Below are positions 35,035-43,376 of a DNA stretch of 64,000 bases, one piece after another (the first letter of the stretch is position 1; every line of letters begins with the position of its first letter). Source of the stretch: an uncultured Clostridia bacterium. Lineage in GTDB: Bacteria > Bacillota > Clostridia > Christensenellales > CAG-138. Location of the stretch: NCBI GenBank assembly GCA_937915455.1, contig CALDNN010000196.1:8945-72944 (forward strand). Reading direction: 5' to 3'. The translations under genes were made by a program, and so were the position numbers. The notes under the pieces are model-generated. The model was not told the origin of the DNA. It saw nothing but the letters and a program-made list of their open reading frames with translations, and made no database searches.

Positions 35035-37518
35035 ATGGAAAGTCAGGTATTGAGCATTCGTGGCATGACCTGCGCGGCCTGCGCCCAGCGCATCGAGAAG
35101 GCCGTAAAAAAGCTGCCCGGCGTGCAGCAGGCTGCCGTGAATCTGGCGAGCGAAAAGCTCTTTGTGGAATATGGCGAGGACGCTACCCTAGAGGATATCA
35201 AGGCGGCCGTGACCAAAATTGGCTATGAAGTCGAGGAAAAGGCGGCAAACAGCACCATCGCCATCCCCATCGGCGGCATGACCTGTGCTGCCTGTTCGCA
35301 GCGCGTCGAAAAGGTGCTCAATCGCCTCGACGGGGTGGTGAGCGCCTCGGTCAACCTGGCCACCGAAAAGGCCACGGTTACCTACGAGCCGCAGAAGATA
35401 CGCCAATCCGCCATCAAGGCGGCCATCGAAAAGGCTGGCTACCAGCCTTTGGAAATCGCCAAGACCGACGCCGCCGAGGAAGACCGGCTACGCAAGCAAA
35501 AGGCCATCCGCCTGCAATGGATCAAGTTCATCGTGGCCGCGGCCTTTGGCCTGCCGCTCCTATATATCGCTATGGCGCCCATGATAAGCTTTGTGCGTCT
35601 GCCCTTCCCGGCCTGGCTGCAGCCCATGCGCTACCCATTGATCTACGGCCTGGTGCAGATCGCGTTGGTGATCCCCATCATTGCCGTGGGGCATAGGTTT
35701 TACACCGTAGGCTTCAAGGCGCTTTGGCAGCGCAGCCCGAATATGGATTCGCTCATCGCCATCGGCACCACGGCCGCTGTGGTCTACAGCGTGTATAACG
35801 TATTTCAAATCGTTAAGGGCCATTATATGGCCGTGGACGCGCTCTATTTTGAGACCGCAGGCGTGATCATCGCCCTCATCATGCTGGGCAAAACGCTAGA
35901 AGCCGTTTCCAAGGGGAAGACCAGCGAGGCCATCAAAAAGCTGATGGGCCTAGCCCCCAAAACAGCCATCATCCTGCACGATGGCGAGGAAAAGGAAATC
36001 CCCATCGACGAGGTGGAAATCGGCGATATCCTCATCGTCAAGCCCGGCGCGAAAATACCCGTGGATGGCACCGTGCTTTCCGGCCACACGGCCATCGATG
36101 AATCCATGCTCACCGGCGAGAGCATGCCTGTGGATAAAAAAGCGGGGGATGCGGTCTACGCCGCGTCGCTCAACACCAACGGCAGCATCCAGTTCCGCGC
36201 CGAAAAGATCGGTAGCGATACGGCCCTGGCGCAAATCATCAAGCTGGTGGAGGATGCGCAGGGCTCCAAGGCCCCCATCGCCCAAATGGCGGATATCGTC
36301 TCCGGCTATTTCGTGCCTATCGTCGTGGCTATCGCCCTGGTTGCGGGCCTCGTCTGGCTGATCGGCACGGGCGGGGATGTGAAATTCAGCCTCACCATCT
36401 TCATCTCCGTGCTGGTCATCGCCTGTCCCTGCGCCCTGGGCCTGGCCACCCCCACAGCCATCATGGTGGGCACGGGAAAGGGCGCGGAAAACGGCATCCT
36501 CATCAAGGGGGGCGAAGCGCTGGAAACGGCGCACAAGGTGGATACCATCGTTTTCGATAAGACCGGCACCATCACCGAGGGCAAGCCCACGGTTACGGAT
36601 GTTCTGCCCGCAGACGGTTTCTCCGAAGAGGCGCTTATGCGCGTCACCGCCTCTGCGGAAATGGGTTCCGAGCACCCGCTGGGCCAGGCCATCGTGCAGG
36701 GTGCGCAGGAAAAGGGCCTGGAGCTTATGCAGGTGGCGGATTTCGAAGCCCTCACGGGCCGGGGCATCCGCGCCAAGATCAACGGCCAAACCATCCTCGC
36801 GGGCAACCGCAAGCTGATGGAAGAGCAGGGCGTCGCCCTGGGTGCGTTCGAGGCCGAGGCGGATAGGCTGGCCGGTGAAGGCAAGACCCCTATGTATGTG
36901 GCTGCGGATAACAGCCTTGCCGGCATCGTGGCCGTGGCGGATGTGGTCAAGCCCAGCAGTCGCCGGGCCATCGAGCGCCTGCATAAGATGGGCATTCAGG
37001 TGGCGATGATTACCGGTGATAACAAAAAGACCGCCGGCGCCATTGCCAAGCAGGTGGGGATCGACCGGGTACTGGCCGATGTGCTGCCGCAGGATAAAGC
37101 GGGCGAGGTCAAAAAGCTGCAAGCCGAAGGCCGTAAGGTGGCCATGGTGGGGGATGGCATCAACGACGCGCCCGCCCTGGCCCAGGCAGATGTGGGCATC
37201 GCTATCGGCTCGGGCACGGATGTGGCCATGGAGTCCGCGGATATCGTGCTCATGCGCAGCGATCTGATGGATGTTTCCGCGGCCATCGAGCTGAGCAAAA
37301 AGACCATCCGCAACATCAAGCAGAATTTGTTCTGGGCCTTTGGCTATAACTCCATCGGCATTCCCATCGCGGCGGGCCTGCTGTACCTGTTCGGCGGCCC
37401 CCTGCTCAACCCGATCTTCGCCGCCGCGGCCATGAGCCTCAGCTCCGTTTCGGTGGTGACCAACGCCCTGCGGCTCAAAGGCTTCAAGGTGACCCATTCC
37501 GAAGAGGAGGCGGTTTAG
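35035..37518 (+). CDS. copA: Copper-translocating P1B-type ATPase
   Basis: 827 aa. Two N-terminal HMA domains (GMTCAAC twice), CPC ([11 protein letters not shown]), [13 protein letters not shown]. Confidence 0.95.
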   Translation: MESQVLSIRGMTCAACAQRIEKAVKKLPGVQQAAVNLASEKLFVEYGEDATLEDIKAAVTKIGYEVEEKAANSTIAIPIGGMTCAACSQRVEKVLNRLDGVVSASVNLATEKATVTYEPQKIRQSAIKAAIEKAGYQPLEIAKTDAAEEDRLRKQKAIRLQWIKFIVAAAFGLPLLYIAMAPMISFVRLPFPAWLQPMRYPLIYGLVQIALVIPIIAVGHRFYTVGFKALWQRSPNMDSLIAIGTTAAVVYSVYNVFQIVKGHYMAVDALYFETAGVIIALIMLGKTLEAVSKGKTSEAIKKLMGLAPKTAIILHDGEEKEIPIDEVEIGDILIVKPGAKIPVDGTVLSGHTAIDESMLTGESMPVDKKAGDAVYAASLNTNGSIQFRAEKIGSDTALAQIIKLVEDAQGSKAPIAQMADIVSGYFVPIVVAIALVAGLVWLIGTGGDVKFSLTIFISVLVIACPCALGLATPTAIMVGTGKGAENGILIKGGEALETAHKVDTIVFDKTGTITEGKPTVTDVLPADGFSEEALMRVTASAEMGSEHPLGQAIVQGAQEKGLELMQVADFEALTGRGIRAKINGQTILAGNRKLMEEQGVALGAFEAEADRLAGEGKTPMYVAADNSLAGIVAVADVVKPSSRRAIERLHKMGIQVAMITGDNKKTAGAIAKQVGIDRVLADVLPQDKAGEVKKLQAEGRKVAMVGDGINDAPALAQADVGIAIGSGTDVAMESADIVLMRSDLMDVSAAIELSKKTIRNIKQNLFWAFGYNSIGIPIAAGLLYLFGGPLLNPIFAAAAMSLSSVSVVTNALRLKGFKVTHSEEEAV

Positions 37519-37520
37519 CC

Positions 37521-38192
37521 ATGAAAAACACCAAACGTATTGTTATGATCTCTCTGCTGGTGGCGCTGCTGCTCCTTTCCGCCGCCTGCGCCCAATTGAA
37601 ACAGGATCTGGATGTGATCGGGAAAGGCTCCACAGATTCCTTTGAAGCGCTGCTGCTAGCCGCGCCGGAGCAGATCAAAGATACGGCGGGTGGCTGGGCC
37701 TTCCAAGCGCCGGATGGCGGCGCGAAGTTCATCTGGCGTGAGGATTGGAGCGCCGGCAACGACGTTCAGCTCGTCTTCGACGCCTCGCCCTTCCTGGCCG
37801 CCGGGCTGGATGCAGCCAAGCTACCGGAAGCTTACGCCTACGATGGCGAAACCATCACTATGGGCGTGGAATTAGGCGAAGCATCCGTACAGGATGGTAC
37901 GCCCCTTGGGGCCTACGAGCGGATCGTCAGGCTCGCGCCGGATGCCATCGGCTACCATAGCGATATGGATCACTTTGGTGTGAGCCTGGGGGGCGGCAAT
38001 ATGTTCGAGTGGGCCAACGATTTAGAAGCCAATAATAAGGATATCGTATTTGCCCTCAACCCCGAACCGCTAATCGCTGCCGGGGTCGATCCGGGCGCTG
38101 TGGCGGGCTGGGCCTTTGCCAAGGTCTCCATGCACGAGCGCGGTAAAACGGTAGACGTAGATAGGCTTTTAAAGCCCTTCAACTTAGTATAA
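37521..38192 (+). CDS. Hypothetical lipoprotein with internal duplication, embedded in the cop operon
   Basis: Lipobox LLLLSAAC. Starts 2 nt after the copA stop. Two repeats align (GAKFIWREDWSAGNDVQLVFDASPFLAAGLD vs GNMFEWANDLEANNKDIVFALNPEPLIAAGVD). HSDMDH lies between them. Confidence 0.75.
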   Translation: MKNTKRIVMISLLVALLLLSAACAQLKQDLDVIGKGSTDSFEALLLAAPEQIKDTAGGWAFQAPDGGAKFIWREDWSAGNDVQLVFDASPFLAAGLDAAKLPEAYAYDGETITMGVELGEASVQDGTPLGAYERIVRLAPDAIGYHSDMDHFGVSLGGGNMFEWANDLEANNKDIVFALNPEPLIAAGVDPGAVAGWAFAKVSMHERGKTVDVDRLLKPFNLV

Positions 38193-38213
38193 ATAGAGAA
38201 AACGGAGGAAATT

Positions 38214-38426
38214 ATGATGGAAAAGAGCATCATTCGGGTCGACGGCATGTCCTGCCAGCATTGTGTGAAGGCCGTGAGTGGGGCCGTGAATGCCCTGCCG
38301 GGCATTGAGAGCGTGGAGGTGGATCTGGCGGCCAAAACGGTGGCCGTGGCGCACGACGCTGCCAAGAGCAGCCTCAAAACCATAAAAGCGGCCATCGAGG
38401 ATCAGGGCTACGATGTAGTCGGTTAA
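38214..38426 (+). CDS. copZ: Copper chaperone CopZ (HMA domain)
   Basis: 70 aa with the GMSCQHC metal-binding motif. GGAGGA RBS. Confidence 0.9.
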   Translation: MMEKSIIRVDGMSCQHCVKAVSGAVNALPGIESVEVDLAAKTVAVAHDAAKSSLKTIKAAIEDQGYDVVG

Positions 38427-38791
38427 AGGTAGGGGGAGCGGCGCATGAATAAAAAGAGTTATAGTTACCCACATTAACGAAATGTGGGGTAAATCCTATG
38501 GTTATTACAGTGAATTAGAAAAGAAACTCGATAATGTTTTCTTTGCCTATGATGGTATGGAAATTATAGTATAGCGCATCAGCTAATAAACATGCTCTGC
38601 ATCAAGCAAATTCCGATTTCCTGCGCATCGTACCTAATAAAAGCAATGGGCCGCATCGCTTTTCGCTATGCGGCCTATGTTTATCTATGGTATCGCCACG
38701 TATCCGAGTGCCGATTCGCTTGTGGGCGGCCCATCTGATCGCATAGCCCCAAGCCCGGCTGCCAATACTAGGGAGCGGAAGGGGTGAGGCT

Positions 38792-41106
38792 ATGGCGACG
38801 GTTCGCTTGGACGCGCCGCTCAAGGTGAGCGGTCAGGCCCAATACACAGCGGATATCGACGCGCCGCCGCAGCTATATGCCGCCTATGCAGTGGCAGGTG
38901 TGGGTCATGGCGTGCTGCACGCCGTGCATACGCACGAGGCTGAGTGTCTAGATGGCGTACGCGCGGTCATCTGCGGGCGCGCGAGCCTGCCATTAACGGG
39001 CATTTTGCTGGAGGATCGGCCCATCTTGGCCACGGGCCGGGTGCGCTATGCAGGCGAACCTATTGCCCTGGTAGTTGCGGATACGCAGCAGCAGGCCGAA
39101 GCCGCCGCCCTGCTTATCACCGCCGATATCACGCCCCTGCCCGTGGTCAACGCGCTGGATGAAGCCCTGCGGGCCGGCGCAGCGCTTTTGCACCCGGAGC
39201 TGGCAGGTTACGCCAAGCTGGTGGAGGATGTTTATCCTCAGTCGGGTACAAATATCGCTTCCTCGTATAGAATTTCTAAGGGCGACAGCAGTACCGCTTT
39301 TTCTCAATGCGTCGTCGTTGTGAGCATACCTACCACCTGCCGCAATCAGACCACATCGCGCTGGAGCCACGCTGCTCTAGCGCCCTGTTTCTTGCAGACG
39401 GCAGGTTGAAGATCCGCAGTTCCACCCAAGCACCCTATACGGTGCGTTGGCTGGTAGCCAAGGCCCTGGGCCTGGAAATGGGCAAGGTGGAGGTGGAAAC
39501 GCCTTTTCTGGGCGGGGCCTTTGGAGGGAAAACCCCGGTATTCCTCGAATATCTGGCCGCGCTGGCTGCCCGCAAATTCCCAGGATTTACCATTAAGCTG
39601 GAAAACAGCCGTGGCCGGGATATGGCCTCATCCCCCAGCCGTCTGGCTTTAGAGGCGGTTATCCGCCTTGGCGCGGACGTAAACGGCAAGATCCTTGCGG
39701 CCAGGATGGAATATCTCTTGGATTGCGGGGCCTATTGCGATATCGCCCCCAATATGGCCAAGGCCATCGCCGTGGATTGCAGCGGGCCCTATAATATCGA
39801 AAATTTATACTGCGATTCCCTCTGCGTGTATACCAACCATACATACGCCACCTCTTTTCGCGGCTTCGCCCACGAATCTTATACCTTTTGCCTGGAGCGC
39901 ACGCTAGATGCGCTGGCAGACGCGTTGCATATGGACAAATTGCAGCTGCGGGAGATCAATGCCATCCGCCCCGGCGATTTCACGCCCACCATGGTCAAGA
40001 CCAACGCCAGCAACCTGGGGAATGTAGCCGCCTGTATCAACAGCCTGCGTAGCCAGCTTGATTGGCAGGCGGGGGAGCGCGTGCAGCTAGAAAATGGCCT
40101 GATCCGGGCCAAAGGGATATCCCTGCTGTGGAAGACGCCTAACCCTAGCCTCCGGGCCAGTGCCGGAGCCGTGCTCACATTTAATGGAGACGGCAGCGCC
40201 AACCTCAATGTGGGCGTGGTGGAGATGGGGAATGGTGGCAAGGAGACGCTAGCCCTACTGGCGGCCCAGCGCCTGCGGATGGCGGCCGGCCGCGTGCACG
40301 TTTCTTTTTCTGTGGATACCAAGCTTACGCCGGAGTATTGGAAGACCGTGGCTTCCCTTTCGAGCTTCCTCGCGGGCAAAGCGGTGATCGCCGCTTGCGA
40401 CGATGCCCTGCGCCAGCTTATCAGCCAGGCGGCGATCGTCCTACGCTGCTCAGAGGAAGATCTTGATTATGGGCAAGAAAAGGTCTTTTTCAAGGGCGAA
40501 CCGGATTTTTGCGTGGGCTATCAGGATCTTGTTTCCGGCGTGATCCTTAGCGGAGGCAACTCTATAGGCGGCCAGATCATCGGCAGGGGTAGCCATGTGA
40601 TGCGCCACACCGGCCCTCTGGCGAAGGATACCGGCAAGGGGAGAACCGGCCATTCCTGGACGGTGGGCGCGCAGGGAGTAGAGGTGGAATACGACCCAAA
40701 GGATCATTCTTACCGCCTGCTTCGGGCCTGCACTTCCATGGATATTGGCGCCGTGCAGGATTTTGACGCAGCAGTTGCCATGATCCGTGGAGGCATGAGC
40801 ATGGGTTTGAGCCTGGCGCGCAATGAGGAATATATTTACGATGAAGGCGCCCGCCTATTGACCGCTAGCCTACGCAACTATGAGCTGCTGCGTATTGGCG
40901 AAGAACCGGCCTATGATGTGGCACTCATCACCACACCGCAGGCGGATGCGCCTGGCGGCATGCGCGTTTTTTCTGAACATGGCGTGATCGGCATGCCCGC
41001 AGCTCTGGCCAATGCCCTTTCCTGCGCGGCCGGGGTATCACTGGACATGCTGCCGCTCACGCCGGAGAGCATTTGGTACGCCCTTGGGCAGGAGAGCGCG
41101 CTGTGA
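38792..41106 (+). pseudogene. Xanthine-dehydrogenase-family molybdopterin-binding large subunit, split by a frameshift near 39322
   Basis: ORF 38792..39409 carries the a/b-hammerhead N-terminus (LDAPLKVSGQAQYTAD). ORF 39307..41106 carries the rest (HTYHLPQSDHIALEP, GGAFGGK). The junction reads GTTGTGAGCAT; one extra G would give ...SQCVVVVEHTYHLPQ. Confidence 0.8.
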
Positions 41107-41927
41107 TTCCCTGCAACTTCGATTATTATCGGCCAGAAAGCCTGCAAGAGCTGGGCCAGGCCATCCGCGAAGCGCCCCGGCCTTTTCAATTCCTGGCCGG
41201 CGGCACGGAGATCGTGACGATGGCGCAGGCGGGGGAGGTCGCCCCTAAAGCAGTGATCGACCTCAAGGCCATACCCGCCTGCAACAAGCTGGCTATGGAA
41301 AACGGCAGGCTGCACATGGGCGCGGCCCTGACGTTGACACAAGCGGCCACATCCGGCCTCTTTCCCCTGCTGGGGAGCGTGGCCCGGCGCATATCCGACC
41401 ACACCAACCAATGCACCATCACGCTGGGCGGGAATATCTGCGGCACGATCGCCTACCGCGAGGCCATTTTGCCTCTGCTGCTCTCGGAGGCGCGGGCGGG
41501 CTTCTTTCGCAAGGGGCGGGTCGTTGAGCAAAAGCTGGCCGATTGCTTTCATGGCCGCTTGCAGCGGGAGGAAGAAACCGCGCTGCTCTACCTCTGCGTG
41601 GAGCAAAAATACCTGTCCATGCCTTATGTCCATGTGAAAAAGGTAAAAAACGAAAAGATCGACTATCCGCTTCTAACCCTCGCCGCACTCAAAGCGCCCG
41701 AAGGAGTCCGGCTGGCGGTCTCGGGCCTTTGCTCTTTCCCCTTTTTAGTTGAATGTGCGGCGCTGGCGGACCCAAGCCGCATGCCCGGCCAAAGGGCGGA
41801 GGCGGTGATCAAAAGCCTGCCCGAGCAGCCCCGTGCGGACTCCTTCGCCAGTGCCGCATGGCGCGCCTTCATCATGAAGCAGGCTGTGGAGGATGCTATC
41901 GCCCGATTGGAGGGCAGGGGAGGATGA
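41103..41927 (+). CDS. Mo-hydroxylase FAD-binding (medium) subunit, CoxM/XdhB-like
   Basis: Starts (V)IPCNFDYYRPESLQEL....FLAGGTE. The GTG at 41103 overlaps the large-subunit stop (GTGA). Confidence 0.8.
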   Translation: MIPCNFDYYRPESLQELGQAIREAPRPFQFLAGGTEIVTMAQAGEVAPKAVIDLKAIPACNKLAMENGRLHMGAALTLTQAATSGLFPLLGSVARRISDHTNQCTITLGGNICGTIAYREAILPLLLSEARAGFFRKGRVVEQKLADCFHGRLQREEETALLYLCVEQKYLSMPYVHVKKVKNEKIDYPLLTLAALKAPEGVRLAVSGLCSFPFLVECAALADPSRMPGQRAEAVIKSLPEQPRADSFASAAWRAFIMKQAVEDAIARLEGRGG

Positions 41928-42401
41928 TCGTTTACAAAGGCAAGGCGGAAATCACCCTGCTTGTGAACGGCCGGACCCACGTGCTATGGGTACGGGCCGC
42001 GGATGTGCTGCTGGATGTGCTACGCGGCCAGCTGGGCCTCACCGGGGCCAAGCCCGGCTGCCGCAATGGCGATTGCGGGGCCTGCACCGTGGTAATGGAC
42101 GGGCTGCCCGTCAAAAGCTGTCTGGTTCTTGCCTGTGCCGCAGAGGGTAAGCAGATCCTCACCGTGGAGGGCATTGGTGAAAGCCCGCTGGCCAAAGCTT
42201 TTAGTGAAGCCAGGGCCTTTCAATGCGGCTATTGTACGCCGGGCTTCCTGATGGCCAGCTTACGCCCTTTTGCAAAATGAGCCTCAGGCGGACGAGGGCA
42301 CAATGGAGGAATGGCTGCAAGCAAACATCTGCCGTTGCACCAGCTATGCGGAGATCCGTGCGGCCCTGCGCGCTGTTTTGCCGGGCACGGCGCGGCCGTG
42401 A
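41924..42401 (+). pseudogene. Mo-hydroxylase [2Fe-2S] small subunit, C-terminus displaced by a frameshift near 42260
   Basis: MIVYKG...GCRNGDCGACTV...QCGYCTPGFLMAS, then a premature stop. The second cluster motif (LLQNEPQADEGTMEEWLQANICRCTSY) continues in another frame to the TGA at 42399..42401. AGCTTACGCC would be in frame as AGCTACGCC. Confidence 0.8.
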
Positions 42402-42442
42402 AGAAGTACCTCGCCTTTACGGGGGCTCTATCGTGACGAAGA

Positions 42443-42462
42443 GTGGCTATCGCCACTTTTTT
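42443..42462 (+). terminator. Terminator after the Mo-hydroxylase operon
   Basis: GTGGC-TATC-GCCAC followed by TTTTTT. Nearly identical to the hairpin at 50654. Confidence 0.7.
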
Positions 42463-42470
42463 GACGTACA

Positions 42471-42493
42471 AAAAGGCCCCGTGAGGGGCCTTT
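42471..42493 (-). terminator. Terminator of hpf
   Basis: GGCCCC-GTGA-GGGGCC. The minus-strand reading is followed by TTTTT. Confidence 0.75.
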
Positions 42494-42515
42494 GATATTT
42501 GATAAATAAAGCGGA

Positions 42516-43046
42516 TCAATATTTCGGCTCGATGAGGCCATAGTTGCCGTCCTTGCGAAGGTACAGGACGTTTACTGTGCCATCCTCGGCGTTTTCGAAT
42601 ACGTAGAAGGAGTGACCCAAGAGTTCCATTTGCAGGATGGCCTCCTCTACATCCATGGGCTTAATGGAGAAGCGCTTTACGCGCACTACCTGCCTGGGCT
42701 CGTCGTCGAAATCTTCCAGCGGGGCGTACACAGGCTCGGCCTTGAAGGCGCCCTGGCGCAGGTTCTTTTCGAGCTTGGTGCGGTGCTTGACGATCTGGTG
42801 CTCAAGCTTGGCCAGCACGCTGTCCACAGAGGCGTACATATCGCCGGAAGCGACCTCGCCGCGAATGATGCCGCCCACATAGGGGATGGTAACCTCGACG
42901 ATGTGGCGGTTGCGCTCTACCGCCAGCGTCACATGTGCTTCGGTGCCCTCGGGGAAATACTTGTCGAGCTTGGATACCTTTTTGGTTACGAGATCCTCCA
43001 GGTATTCCGATACCTCAATGTTTTTGCCCGTAATGATAATTCGCAT
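42516..43046 (-). CDS. hpf: Ribosome hibernation-promoting factor, long form
   Basis: 176 aa. Starts MRIIITGKNIEVSEYLEDLVTKKVSKLDKYF, followed by the C-terminal dimerisation domain. Confidence 0.95.
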   Translation of the reverse strand: MRIIITGKNIEVSEYLEDLVTKKVSKLDKYFPEGTEAHVTLAVERNRHIVEVTIPYVGGIIRGEVASGDMYASVDSVLAKLEHQIVKHRTKLEKNLRQGAFKAEPVYAPLEDFDDEPRQVVRVKRFSIKPMDVEEAILQMELLGHSFYVFENAEDGTVNVLYLRKDGNYGLIEPKY

Positions 43047-43192
43047 GGTTCTTCCCCTTTCCTGCGCCGGATTGGGCGAGACCGCCCCATGTTGCGGCGC
43101 TCTTTCTTCTATGCTCTAAGTATAGCATAAAGTGCGCGCGATAAAACAGATATTTTTGTGAAAAGATGGGGGCGCAGGCGGGACAATCTTCC

Positions 43193-43333
43193 TCATCTTT
43201 CCCCTCCGCATCGCCCGCGCTTGGGGCAATCCGCACAGCCGCTGTGACAGCCTTTTTTGCGGCCCTTCCACCATCTGACCAGGCACCAGGCCGTGTAAAG
43301 CAGGATCAGACCCGCCAGGATATACCAGATCAT
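43193..43333 (-). CDS. FeoB-associated Cys-rich small membrane protein (missed by the 60-aa ORF cutoff)
   Basis: 46 aa: MIWYILAGLILLYTAWCLVRWWKGRKKGCHSGCADCPKRGRCGGER. One TM helix plus a Cys-rich tail. Lies 43 nt downstream of feoB. Confidence 0.75.
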   Translation of the reverse strand: MIWYILAGLILLYTAWCLVRWWKGRKKGCHSGCADCPKRGRCGGER

Positions 43334-43376
43334 ACGTCCGCTCCCTTCCCTACAGTCGAATCCCTTACTATTTATA

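Noticed and set aside
35950-37497. Very long antisense ORFs inside real genes: 515 aa opposite copA, 558 aa at 48173..49849 opposite nrdD, 404 aa at 54412..55626 opposite VanW, 356 aa at 28406..29476 opposite the PHP gene, 357 aa at 44556..45629 opposite feoB, 303 aa at 22469..23380 opposite rhaA, and 290 aa at 11426..12298 opposite the SBP.
   Set aside because: Their translations are Arg/Gly/His/Ala-rich with no motifs. They mirror strongly motif-bearing genes on the other strand. This is the expected shadow-ORF effect of high GC with GC3 bias.
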